From Narcine bancroftii (lineage: Eukaryota), in assembly GCF_036971445.1 (NCBI RefSeq), contig NC_091472.1, forward strand, positions 2,914,001 to 2,978,000: DNA of 64,000 nt. Reading direction: 5' to 3'. The notes under the pieces are model-generated. The model was not told the origin of the DNA. It did no database searches and saw nothing but the letters and a program-made list of their open reading frames with translations. The translations under genes and the position numbers were made by a program. Shown here piece after piece: positions 24,776 through 38,100 of the stretch. Within the stretch, counting starts at the first letter, position 1. Each line of letters opens with the position of its first letter.

Positions 24776-25219
24776 GAATCTTGCATTTCACCGTATTACC
24801 GACATTTCCTTTGTTCCCCCGGTCACAATGACTTGGACAAGCTTGGTTTCTCTTTCCCCATTCTGAGACATTATCGGCTTCTCTCTCCACTGGATCGGTT
24901 GGTATGGGAACACACCAGGAATTTTAATGGTTGAGTAACCAACTGTCCTTGCCATTTCAGAGTCTGTGCTGTTCCTCACAGTAAGAGAAATCATTAACGC
25001 TGAACATGGAGCCATTATAGAAACTGCTACAAACATGGGGTTCAATTTGAATCCTGAGTGTTCGTTCCTTCTGCAAGAGGAGCTCAACAAAGGAAATGTC
25101 TGTAATAGGGTGAAGTTTGAGATTCAAGGTTCCTTTATTGTCATCTAATAAAGCAAATGGAATTTTACACAAAATGGAATTTATTTTGCCTTAAGGCAGA
25201 CAAATGTTTGCCATCGGCA

Positions 25220-26180
25220 GAAATTGTGACATTTTTACAGTTTAAGGTGGTGCAAAGGATACTTGTCCAAAGTCAAATGATCGCATTTTTAAGCGGATGT
25301 CGATTCCATATAACCATATATCACACAGATTCCCTGTGTGATAAGTGTAAAATCTTTGAAGCTTCATTGATTCATATCTTCTGGCAGAGCCCCAATTTTA
25401 AAAAAAATTAGAAAGATCATTTTCAAACCTTATCAGTCATTCTAAAGATCGAATTAAATCCAGGCCCTCTCATTGCTTTGTTTGGTTTTTCTCGAGAAGA
25501 GGACATAGTCCTTCAATCCAAGGGGACTTCAGCTTTTACCTCGTTGATAGCTAGACGAGCAATTGTAAAGAAATGGAAAGATAACTCTCCACCTACTCAT
25601 GCCCAGTGGATACATGAAGTTATGTCCTTTTGAAGAAAGTTAGATCCAACATTAAAGATGGAAAATTTCTGTTTGACAAGATGTGAGGTCTGTTCATAGA
25701 TCAGAATCATATTTGGAAGATTTAAGAAGTCTGGATGCTCAGGTGACTCTCCGTCTGGTGTCTGAAGGTCGCTATTCAATCCAGATCTTTGCAATTCGAC
25801 CTTGGTTAGAGGGAGGGGTTTGACTAGTCCGAGGATTTTTGTTTTCGTTTGTTTTTTATTTTTATCTTTTCTTTTTTATATGAATTAGTTAAATATGGTT
25901 TATCATGGTTCATGTCATTAATTGAAACCCCTGCGTTTATATAAAGAGATTGTTGAATTTAGTCTGATCTATTTTCTATCCAGAATTATTCTAGATGTAT
26001 TATGAGAAAGGGATAAACTGTTAAATACCAACTTTATAGAATTTGATTTCTAAAAGAATCAAGACAAATAAACAATGATGGGCAGGTTTTCGATTTACAT
26101 GATATTTTAATATGTGATACGCATCTGACATGACCAGATCTTTGTTATATTAAACTCATTAAAAAATATTTAGAAAAGAA
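25220..26180 (+). mobile_element. L1-clade LINE 3' fragment
   Basis: LQFKVVQR...CDKCK...SLIHIFWQSP (C-terminal Cys/His region), KKWKDNSPPT, A-rich 3' end. Confidence 0.65.
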
Positions 26181-26821
26181 CAAAGAGCAGAAATCGGCCA
26201 GTTCGGGAGTACAGTCCTTTAGATCCCATTTAGGTCAGAGAAAAAGAAGCAAGAGAGGTTCCCCACAGAGTGACTGAGTGTCCCTGGACTCGCCTCCAGC
26301 TCTTCCGCAGCCCCCACAGCCACAGAGAGTCCAAATCATCGGCAAACCTGAACTCCAGATCCGAACCTCCAAAACGATCAGGATGCCGACAGTCCCCTCG
26401 GCCCCACTTCGCATCCCGGTTCTGATACCTGGTGCCCCTTCAGCCAGGTATGAGCCAGTCTCCAGCAGTGGGCAGCCTGGTGTGAGTCTATTAACCACAG
26501 TCACCAACAGCCCGCATCCTGGGTGGGTTCCTCTCCTCGGGGCACCAGCAGTCCCTGCCTCCTGTGTGTTCTTCAGCCGCAGAGCCTTTCGTTGGTGTGC
26601 CGGCTTGGTCACTGTCCCATGGGTCATCTCCTCTGCTGCCCCTTCTCAAACGGTACTCGACCCGTTTTCTGGAGCTCTGCGCTGGTCCTCTGCACCCCTG
26701 GAGTCTGTAACCCCTTGAGGCTGCTGCCATATACAGAAATTATGCAGCTGTTGAGTCTTTTTGTGCAGGGAATAGCTAATGTGGTGCAGGCTTTGGTTAT
26801 AGTTCAGCCTTCAGCATCGTG

Positions 26822-28048
26822 CTGTACTCCAGAACTGGCCAACGGTAATGGGACCTCAAGGACTGTCCTCCTGAACTGGCCGACGGTAATGGGACCGCAA
26901 GGACTGTCGTCCTGAACTGGCTGACGGTAATGCGACTTCAAGGACTGTACTCATGAACTGGCCAACGGGAATGGGACCTCAAGGACTGTTCTCATGAACT
27001 GGCCGACGGTAATGGGACCTCAAGGACTGTACTCCAGAACTGGCCGACGGTAATGCGACCTCAAGGACTGTACTCCTGAACTGGCCGATGGTAATGGAAC
27101 CGCAAGGACTGTACTCATGAACTGGCCAACTGGAATGGGACCTCAAGGACTGTCCTCCTGAACTGGCTGACGGTAATGCGACCTCAAGGACTGTACTCAT
27201 GTACTGGCCAATGTGAATGGGACCTCAAGGATTGTACTCATTAACTAGCCGATGGTAATGGGACCTCAAGGACTGTACTCATGAACTGGCCAACTGGAAT
27301 GGGACCTCAAGGACTGTACTCCTCAACTGGCCGACGGGAATGGGACCTCAAGGACTGTACTCATGAACTGGCCGACGGTAATGCGACCTCAAGGACTGTA
27401 CTCATGAACTGGCCAACGGGAATGGGACCTCAAGGACTGTTCTCATGAACTGGCCGACGGTAATGGGACCACAAGGACTGTACTCCTGAACTGGCTGATG
27501 GTAATGGGACATCAAGGACTGTACTCATGAACTGGCCAACGGGAATGGGACCTCAAGGACTGTACTCACGAACTGGCTGACGGTAATGCGACCTCAAGGA
27601 CTGTACTCATGAACTGGCCAATGGAAATGGGACCTCAAGGACTGTACTCACGAACTGGCCGACGGAATGGGACCTCAAGGACTGTACCCCTGAACTGGCC
27701 GACTGGAATGGGACCTCAAGGACTGTACTCCTGAACCTACCGACAGTAATGGGACCTCAAGGACTGTACTCATGAACTGGCCGACGGAATGGGACCTCAA
27801 GGACTGTACTCATGAACTGGCCAACTGGAATGGAACCTCAAGGACTGTACTCACGAACTGGCCGACGGAATGGGACCTCAAGGACTGTACTCCTGAACCT
27901 ACCGACAGTAATGGGACCTCAATGACTGTACTTACGAACTAGCCAACGGGAATGGGACCTCAAGGACTGTACTCCTGAACCTACCAACTGTAATGCGACC
28001 TCAAGGACTGTACTCCTGAACTGATCGATCGTAATGAAACCTCAAGGA
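26822..28048. repeat. 41-bp minisatellite, about 30 copies
   Basis: Unit GGACTGTACTCATGAACTGGCCGACGGTAATGGGACCTCAA; period of 41 checked at 26942, 26983 and 27024. Confidence 0.95.
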
Positions 28049-28146
28049 AATGTTGTCACCCTCAAATGTTCACTGACTAAACCTGGCAGGCTGAAAGACA
28101 GCTTAGGCAAATGTTAAACTACACAATAACCTTTGATATTTTACAG

Positions 28147-28291
28147 GATTGGATGATAAAAGGCCCTCGAGCATGGTTGGAATTATTACAGCCTGTCTCC
28201 TGGTTTTGGGTCTCTTGTTCTGCATCTTGGCAACAGCAGTTTGCTACATGAAGAAATGTGCGTGTTTTCAACACAGATTCAAACCGGACGG
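28147..28291 (+). CDS. IgSF receptor exon: short stalk, transmembrane helix and juxtamembrane region
   Basis: Acceptor attttacAG|GA TTG and donor GAC GG|GTAAAT; phase 1-2. Encodes (R)LDDKRPSS-MVGIITACLLVLGLLFCILATAVCYM-KKCACFQHRFKPD(G). Hydrophobic stretch of ~26 aa with no charged residue, followed by KK. Absent from the ORF track. Confidence 0.88.
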
Positions 28292-28689
28292 GTAAATAAA
28301 ATTTAATTTTAATCAGAATATGTTTAGTTTTTAAATTTAATTAATTTTTATTTTAGATTTTAAATTTGACATACAACTCGGTAACATCCCCTTTGGGCCC
28401 TTGAGCAGGTGCCGTCTAAACCCTGAATTAATGTTTTTGAAGGGTGGGAGGAAGCCGGAGATTCCAGAGGAAACCCACGCAGACATGGGAGAACGTGCAA
28501 GCTGATTACAGACAGCACCGGATTGGAATCCTGGTCATAAGATCATAAATAATAGAAGCAGGAGTCGGCCATCCAGCCCATCGAGCCTACTCAATGTGAT
28601 CACAGCTGATCTGATGACAGGCACATGTCCATCGACCTGCCTTTTCCCCGTCTCCCATAATTCCCCTACCATGTAGAAATCTATCCAAC

Positions 28690-29195
28690 CTCATTGAACC
28701 ATAGAACATTACAGCACAGAAACAGGCCCATTCAACCCTTCTAGTCAGGCCCAAATCATTTTTTTTCCTCGTCCCACTGACCTGCACCCAGTCCATAACC
28801 CTCCATCCCTCTCCCATCCATACACCTGTCCAAATTCTTCTTAAATGTTAAAATTTAGCCTGCAGCTGGCAGCTCTTTCCACACTCCCGCCACTCTCTGC
28901 GTGAAGAGGTTCCCCCTCATATTCCCCCTAAACTTTTCCCCTTTCATCCTTAACCCATGTCCTCTGGTTTGTATCTCATCCACCCTCAATGGAAAAAAGC
29001 CGACCTACATTTACTCTGTCTGTCCCCCTCATAATTTTAAATACCTCAATCAAATCTCCCCTCATTCTTCTACGGTCCAGGGAGTAAAGTCCTAACTGTT
29101 TAACCTTTCCCTGTTACTTAGTTCCTGAAGTCCAGGCAACATCCTAGTAAATCTTCTCTGTACTCTTTCTATCCTATTGATATCCTTTCTGTAGC
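28690..29195 (-). mobile_element. CR1 LINE 3' end
   Basis: Reverse-complement CR1 C-terminus and tail (AGAACATTACAGCACAGAAACAGGCC). Confidence 0.75.
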
Positions 29196-29989
29196 TATTG
29201 CTTCGATTTCTGGTCATCTGACCACTACCTACAACCAGAGGGCAAAGGCAGGATGTGTTTAGAAGGCGTAGGGAAGGAAATTTTCCCCCAGATGGTGGAT
29301 GGGAGTTTGAAATTCACGGCATAAGCTGGAGGTTGGGGCAGAGACCCCCAGAACATTAAAAAACATCTGGAAATGCCTGAAATGGAAAGGCTGAGGGACT
29401 ATTCAACAGGGGCTGGTCATGGGATTAGTATAGAGGGGTACTTGTTGGTTGGGATAGTCTGGGTGGGGCTCCCTGCTGTGTGATTGGCTCCAATAGACTA
29501 TAACATACAGGAGCAGATGTAGGCCTTTGGCCCATATAGACTGGTCCACCATTCCATTCCAGCATACACAATACACATTGTTAACATCACCCGTGTTAAA
29601 TAGGCTGACTGGCCTTGGGGACGGCATAGTTAGCCCCAGCGACCAGGATTCGAATCCCGCACTGTCCGTAAGGAGTTTGTACGTTTTCCCTGTGTTTGTG
29701 TGGGTTTTCCCTGGGCGGGGGGGCTCTGGTTTCCTCCCACCTTTCAAAACATACTGGGGTTGGAGGCCAATTGGTAGTAAATGAGAGGCATGGGCTCGTG
29801 GCCTGGAAGGGCCTGTTACTGTGCTGTACATCTAATGAAAAATGAAATAAATGAATGTATTCCCACTTAATGTGTTCCTTCTAATGAAGGTCAGTTCACA
29901 ACTATATGTGGCCCCAGCCTGTGTGTCGCATCTTCGATATTTTCCCATGTATTTCCAGGGAGCAGAGATTCGAAAATCAAGGACCATAT

Positions 29990-31680
29990 TCTGGTCACCT
30001 GCCAGTTGCTGGTGGTGACCACAGGGGTCGGGGTTGGAGACGCTGCTTTTTACGTGGTATATTAATGATTTGGATTCTGGAATGAACGGGTTTGCAGATG
30101 ATATGAAGGGAGATGGGGGAGCAGGTTGTGTAGGGGGAACAGGGAGGCTGCAGAAGGACTTAGACAGATGAGGAGAACGGGCAGAGAAGGGACAAATGAA
30201 ATATAATGTCGGAAAGTGGACGGTCACGCAGTTTGGTAGAAAAAATAAATGGCCAGACTATTTCTAAATGAGGAGAAGGTTGAAAATCCCCAGATGTGAA
30301 GGGGCCTGGGACCCTCGTGCAGGAGCCTGAAGATAAACTTGCAGGTTGAGTTGGGGGTGAAGAAGGAAAAGGCAATTAAGGAAGCAAAGAGGGTCCTTAA
30401 AGGGTGAAACACTACAGCATGCTGTTGTGCAGAGGGACTTGGGGGGGCTTGTGCATGATTCGCAAAAGGTTAGGTTGCAGGTGCAACAGGTTATTAAGAA
30501 GGCAAATGGAATGTTGGCCTTCATCACTAGAGGAATTGAATTCAGGAGTAGGGAGGTCATGTTGCAACTGTACAAGGTACTGGTGAGACCGCACCTGGAG
30601 TACTGAGTCCAGTTCTGGTCTCCATATTTGAGGGAGGGTATACTGGCTTTGGAGACGGTCCAGAGGAGGTTCACTAGGTTGATCCCTGGGATGAAGGGGT
30701 TGACTTATGATGAAAGATTAAATCGTCTAGGATTGTATTCGCTTGAGTTCAGAAGAATGAGAGGAGATCTTATAGAAACATAGAGGATTATGAAGGGTAT
30801 GGATAGGATAGATGTAGGAAGGTTTTTTGAGCTGGCCGGGGAAACTAAAACGAGAGGACACAGTCTCAAGATTCGGGGGAGTAGATTTAGGACAGAGATG
30901 AGGAAAAATAGTTTTTCCCAGAGAGTAGTGAATGTTTGGAATTCTCTAACCAGGGAAGTGGTTGAGGCTGCCTCATTAAACATATTTAAAATTCGGTTAG
31001 ATAAATATTTACATGATAGAGGAATTAGGGGATATGGGGAGAAGGCAGGTAGGTGGAGTTAGGTCATAAATTAGATAAGCCATGATCGTATTGAATGGCG
31101 GAGCAGGCTCGATGGGCCATTTTTGGCCGACTCCTGTTACTACTTCCTATGTTCCTATGTTCCTAATGTTGGGTTTGTTTCAAGAGGAATAGAATCTAAG
31201 AGCAGGGATGTGATGTTGGGGTTTATAAGGCCCTGGTGAGGCCTCACGTGGAGATTGTGAGCAGTTTGGGGCTTCTCATTTAAGAAAGGATGTGCTGACA
31301 TTGGAGAGGGTTCAGAGAAGGTTCACAAATATGACTCCAGGAATGAAAGGGTTGTCATATGAGGAGCATTTGATGCTCTTGGCCTGGACTCGTTGGAATT
31401 TAGGAGAATGAAGGGGGGGAGGATCTCATTGAAACATTTTGAATGTTGAAAGGAGTGAATAGAGTAGATGTAGAAAGGTTGTTCCCCACGGTGGGAGAGT
31501 CTAGGACAAGAGGGCGCAACTTCAGGACAGAAGGTCATCCACTTAGAACAGAGATGAGGAGGAATTTCTTCAGCCAAAAGGTAGAGATTCTATGGAATTT
31601 GTTGCCACAGGTGGTTGTGGAGGCCAGGTCTTTGGGTGCATTTAAGGCAGAGATGGACAGGGTCTTGATTAGCCAGGACA
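29990..31680 (+). mobile_element. Older CR1 fragment interrupted by a younger CR1 (~30380-31165)
   Basis: RT sequence breaks at ~30378 and resumes at ~31165 after a (CCTATGTT)n-tailed insert matching positions 1-360. Confidence 0.7.
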
Positions 31681-32293
31681 TTTGGCGTAGCAATTAGCAC
31701 AGCACCTTTACAGTGCCAGCATTCTATTCCGGGGTGTGAATCCCACACTGTCTATAAGGAGTTTGTACATTCTCCCCGTGTCTGTGTGGGTTTTCCCCAG
31801 GTCTCTGGTTACTGCCCACTGTTTAAAACGTACCAAGGATTGCATGTTAATTGGGCGGCACAGATTCGTGGGTTGAAATGGCCTCTATTACCATGCTGTA
31901 TGTTTAAATTTAAAATTTAAAGGGTTAAGGCTGGGCAGTGGGGCTGAGTAGGGTAATGGACCAGCTCATGAGTAAATGGAGGGCAGACTCAATAGGCTGA
32001 AAGGCTTATTTCTGCTCCTAGGTCTTGTGGTCTTATAGCTAGTAGAGCAGGGAACAGAAATCTTGTCCTTTCTTCCCTGAATCCCGGCAGCTCCACTGTG
32101 TAATGTGAGGAAGCTGAACATTACCTCATTCAGTCAGGATAATAAACCAAACATCGAATGGGCAACTTCTCCAAGGCCATGTTATCATGGGAAAAGATCG
32201 TTTGAGAAGGTACTTGCCTCTTTGCTCCTGAGATACGTGGATATATACAATGTGAAGTATTAACTGTCTCTATCTTCTCTGTCATTTCCCCAG

Positions 32294-32337
32294 GAGTTCT
32301 ACTGAAGATTTGAAGACAATCTCAGCAACAATTGCAG
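32294..32337 (+). CDS. IgSF receptor small cytoplasmic exon 1
   Basis: Acceptor tttccccAG|G AGT and donor GCA G|GTAAAA; 44 nt, phase 2-1. Encodes (G)SSTEDLKTISATIA. Lies in a non-repeat island and bridges the neighbouring phases. Confidence 0.72.
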
Positions 32338-33479
32338 GTAAAATACATCATGGCACTTCTCATCTTGGTGAATTCTCCAAGTAATGGTGACATCCAACAA
32401 TGATCTCGAATACAACAGCATTAGAAACTGACAAGGAGCAGCTTAGAGGAGCCCAATGGCCTGAATGTGCCTGGATCCTCTGATCTTGGAATGGAAGCAG
32501 CTCAGGACTGATCAGAACTTGGAGGGGAGACCACCTGGGACACCAGGTGCTGTTGGCTTCTATGAGGGGCACTGGACAAAGTGGTGACTCTCTGTCTGCC
32601 TTATGGTTGACAAAAGTCAAAGAATTTCAGGTCTGCTACATTCAAAATGTCGTGTAACGTGACGATAATGGAACCTTTAACTTTACCTTTCATTGTTTCA
32701 CCCTAATTCCAATTCCAATCTTTCCAATTCATAGAAGAGAGAACACTACATCACAGTACAGACCCTTCAGCCTTCGATGTTGTACTGACCCATATATTCC
32801 TTAAAAAATAATATGAAACCCTCCCTACCCCGTAACCCTCTATTTTCCTTCCAACCATGTGTCTGTTCAAGATTCTCTTAAATGCCCCCGATGTTTCACT
32901 CTCCACCATCATCCCTGGGAAGGCATTTAGGCCCCCAAAACTCTCTGTGTAAAACAAAAACTTAACCCTGGTGTCTCCCCTAAACTTTCCACCCTTCACT
33001 TGGTACACACGTCCACTGGTATTTACGATTCCTTCCCTGAGAAACAGGCGTTGGCTGTCCACCCATTCTATGCCTCTCAGAATTTTGTAGACCTCTATCA
33101 AGTCTCCTCTCATCCTTCTACGCTCCAAAGAGGAAAGTCCCTGCTCTGCTAATCTAGCCTCATAAGACTTGTTTCCCATTCCAGGCAACATCCTGGTGAA
33201 TCTCCTCTGTCTCCTCTCCATAGCTTCCACATCCTTCCTGTGAGGTGACCAGGTGAAATATCCTCAGGAAAGGAGCATCCACTGCCCTACAACATGAATT
33301 TACAACCCTCAGTGAAGAAAATTTAACTTTATTTATCATCCCATTGGACAAGAACAAGCTGATGAGACAGTTTTCTCTGGTCCTTGATTCAAAAACATGC
33401 AGACACACATCAGATATAACACACATACAGACCGATGATACATCTACACAGAACTTATCGGCATAGCTTATATACATAT

Positions 33480-35175
33480 GTATTTGGGAATGAAATAGGG
33501 CAGGTGACGGAGGTGAGCATTGGAGAGAACTTCGGATCCAGAGATCATGGGTCCATTAGCTTTAGCTTAATGATGGAAAGGGATAGGTCGGGTACGAAAT
33601 CGAAAGTCTTCAAGTGGGGGAAGGCCAGATTTGGAGAAATGAGAAGGGATTTTCAGAGAGTTGGGTGGGCTGATCTATTTTCCCGAAAGGATGCAGAGGA
33701 AATTTGAAGGGCATTTAGGGGTGAGAGTTTGAGAGTACAGGATCTTTATGTTCCAGTCCATCTGAAAGGGAAGACCAAAAGTTCAAGGGAGCCATAGTTT
33801 TCGAGAAAAATTAGGAAGTTGGTTCGGGATAAGAGGGAGGCTTATGCTAAATATAAGAAACAAGATTGAGGAGATGTATGATCATTACATAGATTGCAGA
33901 AAGAATCTTAAGAGGGAAATTAGAAAGTCAAAAAGAAGTTTGAGATGGTGACAGGTAAAATAGATGGGGGAGAGCCAGTGGATGTGGTGTACCTGGACTT
34001 CCAAAAGGCCTTCGATAAGGTCCCGCATAAATGACTGGCTTCCAAAATCAAGGCTCATGGGATTGGGGACAAAGTATTGATGTGGATTGAGAACTGGCTG
34101 GCAGGTAGAAGACAGAGAGTTGGGATAAACGGCTCATTTTCTGAGTGGCAGGCGGTGACCAGTGGGGTATCACAGGGATCTGTACTGGGACCCCAGCTGT
34201 TCACAATTTACATTAATGATCTGGATGAAGGGATTGGATGTAATATATCCAAATTTGCAGACGACACTAAGCTAGGAGGGGTTGTGTGCACGGAAGAGGG
34301 GGTCAGGAAGCTCCAGTGTGATTTGGATAAATTGAGGGACTGGGCAGATCCATGGCAAATGCACTACAATGTGGATCAATGTGAGGTTATCCACTTTGGT
34401 AATACAAACTGGAGGGCAGATTACTATTTGAATGGCAATAGATTGGGAGATGGGGAAGTGCAGAGAGACCTAGGGGTACTTGTACACCAGTCTCTGAAGG
34501 CGAGCATGCAGGTACAGCAGGCGGTTAAAAAGGCAAATGGTATGTTGGCCTTCATATCAAGAGGGTTTGAGTCTAGGAACAAGGATACCTTACTGCAGCT
34601 GTACAGGGCCTTGGTGAGACCCCACCTGGAGTATTGTGTGCAGTTTTGGTCACCTTATCTAAGGAGGGATGTTCTTGCAATGGAGGGAGTGCAGAGGCGA
34701 TTCACCAGGCTGATACCTGGAATGGCAGGAATGACTTAGGAGGAAAGATTGCGCAAATTGGGATTGTACTCGCTGGAGTTTAGAAGATTGAGAGGGGATC
34801 TCATAGAGACATATAAAATTCTGGCAGGACTGGACAGAATGGATGCAGATGGGAGTTTCCAAGGATGGGAAAATCCAGAACCCGGGGCCATGGTTTGAGG
34901 ATAATACGCAAACCATTTAGAACCGAGATGAGGAGGAATTTCTTGACCCAGAGGGTGGTGAATCTGTGGAATTCCTTGCCACAGAGGGCAGTAGAGGCAG
35001 GTTCATTAAATATATTTAAGAGGGAATTAGATCTATTTCTTCAGTATAAGGGTATTAAAGGTTACGGAGAGAAGGCGGGGACGGGGTACTGAACTTTAAG
35101 ATCAGCCATGATCTCGTTGAATGGCGGAGCAGGCTCGAAGGGCCGAATGACCTACTCCTGCTCCTATCTTCTATG
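33480..35175 (+). mobile_element. Composite CR1: EN fragment (33480-33940) joined to a 3' CR1 copy of another subfamily (33940-35175)
   Basis: First part resembles 44100-44550; second part (KFADDTKLGG, RTRGHGL) is highly similar to 37430-38930 and 49175-51095. Confidence 0.8.
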
Positions 35176-35179
35176 TGTC

Positions 35180-38100
35180 CATAGCTAATAAGGTGACCTT
35201 TAACCATGACCTTCCACGCACAACTCCATGTTGAGTGTCCTTGATCAGACCCTGTCCCTCCAGATACTTATATATTTTATCTCTAAGAACACTTTCCATC
35301 AATTTACCTGCCACAGTCGTCAAACCTACAGGCCGATTATTGCTAGGCTTGCTCCTCAGACCCTTTCCTAGCAAAGGAACCACGTGTGTGATACGCCAAT
35401 CCTCCGGCACGATACCCGTCTCGAATGATATTTGGAAAATCACTGTCAGAGCCTCTGCTATTTGCTCACTAACTTCTATCAAGGTCCTGGGGAAAATCCC
35501 GTCGGGACCTGGAGACTTATCCACCTTTATATGCTTCAGAAGTTCCAGTACTTCCTCTTTCTTAATCCCTACAGTTTCCATAATTACCCCCTTTGCTTCC
35601 TTTACCTGCACAGTTCAATATCCTTCTCCTTAGTGAATACCGAAGAAAAGAACGTGTTCAAGATCTCCCCCATGTCATTTGGCTCCACACACAGTTGTCC
35701 GTTTTGATTCTCTACGGGACTGATATTATCTCTCACTCTCCTTTTGCTATTAACATATTTGTAGAAACCCTTTGGATTTATTTTCACCCTGTTTGCTATA
35801 GCCACCTCGTACCTTCTTTTAACTTTTCTAATTTCTTTCTGAAGATTCTTTTTACATTCAATGTATTGTCCGAACCTCTTCTTTATTCCTTGTTGCTTAT
35901 ATTTATTGTAGGTCTCCCTCTTTTTACAAACCAAGTTTCCAATATCCCTTGAAAACCACGGCTCTCTCAAACTTTTCACCCTGAACCTAATAGGAACATA
36001 AATATTTAATCTCAAAATCTCATCTTTAAAAGACCTCCATTTCTCTACTCCATCCTTCCCATAAAACAAATTGTCCCAATCCACTCCTCGTAAATCCTTT
36101 CTCATCTCCTCAAATCTCACTTTTCCCCGCTCAAAAACCTGTAACCTAGGCCCTGATCCATCCCTTTCCATAATTACGTTGAAGCTAATAGCTCCATGAT
36201 CACTGGACACAAAGTGCTCCCCAACATACAACTCCGTCACCTGCCCGATCTCATTCCCCAACAGTAGATCCGACACTGTCCCTTCTCCATTCGCTATCTC
36301 TACGCATTGCTCTAAAAACCTATCCTGCACACATTTTACAAACTCCTATCCATCCAGCTCTTTCACAGAATGGGTTTCCCAATCAATATTTGGGAAATTG
36401 AAATCTCCCACTATCACACTCCTGTGCTTATGACAAATAACTGCTATCTCCCTCCAAATTTGCTCCTCTAGTTCTCGCTCCCCATTAGGTGGTCTATAAT
36501 GCACCACTATAAATGTGAATACCCCTTTCACATCCCTCACTTCCACCCATACAGCCTCCCTGGATGAGCTCTCCAATCTATCTTGCCTCAGCACTGCGGT
36601 AAAACTTTCCCTGACAAGCAATGCTACCCCACCCCGTCTTACCCCTCCAATTCTATCGCATCTAAAGCAACAAAATCCTGGACTATTTAACTGCCAGTCA
36701 CATCCATCCTGAAACCATGTTTCACTAATCGCTACTACATCATCCTGCAAAGTGTCTTTCTACACCCTCAGCTCATCCACCCTCCTTACAATACTCCCAG
36801 CAATAAAGTAAAGGCATTTCAGAGATTTCCCGCTACTTATTCTTTGTTTTCCCCTCTCCTTACAAATAACTCTATTCTGTTCCTTTTCTATCATCTCCCC
36901 TCCATCTTCGTACAGAGCATCTTCCTTCTCAATCACCAGCCTTTCTACCCCCAAATTATGTCAACAAGCTTTTTCTGTTTGCAATCTAACCTTCTCCTTG
37001 CTGTTCTCTGTCGCTTGGTTCCCTACCAACCAACCTTTCTAGTTTAAAGTCTCCTGAGTAGCCTTAGCAAATGTCCCTGGGATTCAAGTACATCCTTGTG
37101 CCCCTGGGATTCAAGTACATCCCATCCATTCTGTACAGGTCCCACCTCCCCCAAAAAAGGTCCCCATGATCCAGAAGCTTGAATCCCTGCCCCTTGCTCC
37201 ATCGCTTCAGCCAAGCATTCATCTTCCACCTCATTCTGTTCCTGCTTCTACTGTCACGAGGCACAAGCAGTAATTCCGAGATTAGTCCCTTCGCAGTCCT
37301 TCTTTTCAGCTCCTGACCTAACTCACTGTATTCACTTTTCAGGGCCCTCTCACTCTTCCTCCCTACGTCATTCGTACCTACATGAACAATGACCTCTGGC
37401 TCATTTCCCTCCCACTTTAGGATATAGAAATATAGAAGATAGGAGCAGGAGTAGGTAATTCGGTCATTCGTGCCTGCTCCGCCATTCAATGAGACCATGG
37501 CTGATCTTAAAGTTCAGTACCCCGTCCCCACCTTCTCTCCTTAACCTTTAATATCCTTATACTGAAGAAATAGATCTAATTCCCTCTGAAATACATTCAA
37601 TGAACCTGCCTCTACTGCCCTCTATGGCAATGAATTCCACAGATTCACCACCCTCTGGGTCAAGAAATTCCTCCTCATCTCAGTTCTAAATGGTTTGCCT
37701 ATTATCCTCAAACCATGGCCCCGGGTTCTGGACTCCCCCACCATTGGAAACATCCCTTCCGCATCCATTCTGTCCAGTCCTGCCAGAATTTTATATGTCT
37801 CTATGAGATCCCCTCTCAATCTTCTAAACTCCAGCGAGTACAATCCCAATTTGGGTGATCTTTCCTCCTAAGTCATTTCTGCCATTCCAGGTATCAGCCT
37901 GGTGAATCGCCTCTGCACTCCCTCCATTGCAAGAACATCCTTCCTTAGATAAGGTGACCAAAACTGCACACAATACTCCAGGTGGGGTCTCACCAAGGCC
38001 CTGTACAGCTGCAGTGAGGTATCCTTGTTCCTATACTCAAACCCTCTTGATATGAAGGCCAACAAATAGTAATCTGCCCTCCGGTTTGTATTACCAAAGT

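Noticed and set aside
26235-26915. Overlapping 130-146-aa ORFs (similar ones at 5650-6182)
   Set aside because: No recognisable domain; GC-rich, probably non-coding repeat-derived sequence.
26822-28048. CRISPR array or coding mucin-like stalk
   Set aside because: Units are contiguous with no unique spacers, the context is eukaryotic, and the 41-bp period gives no long open frame.
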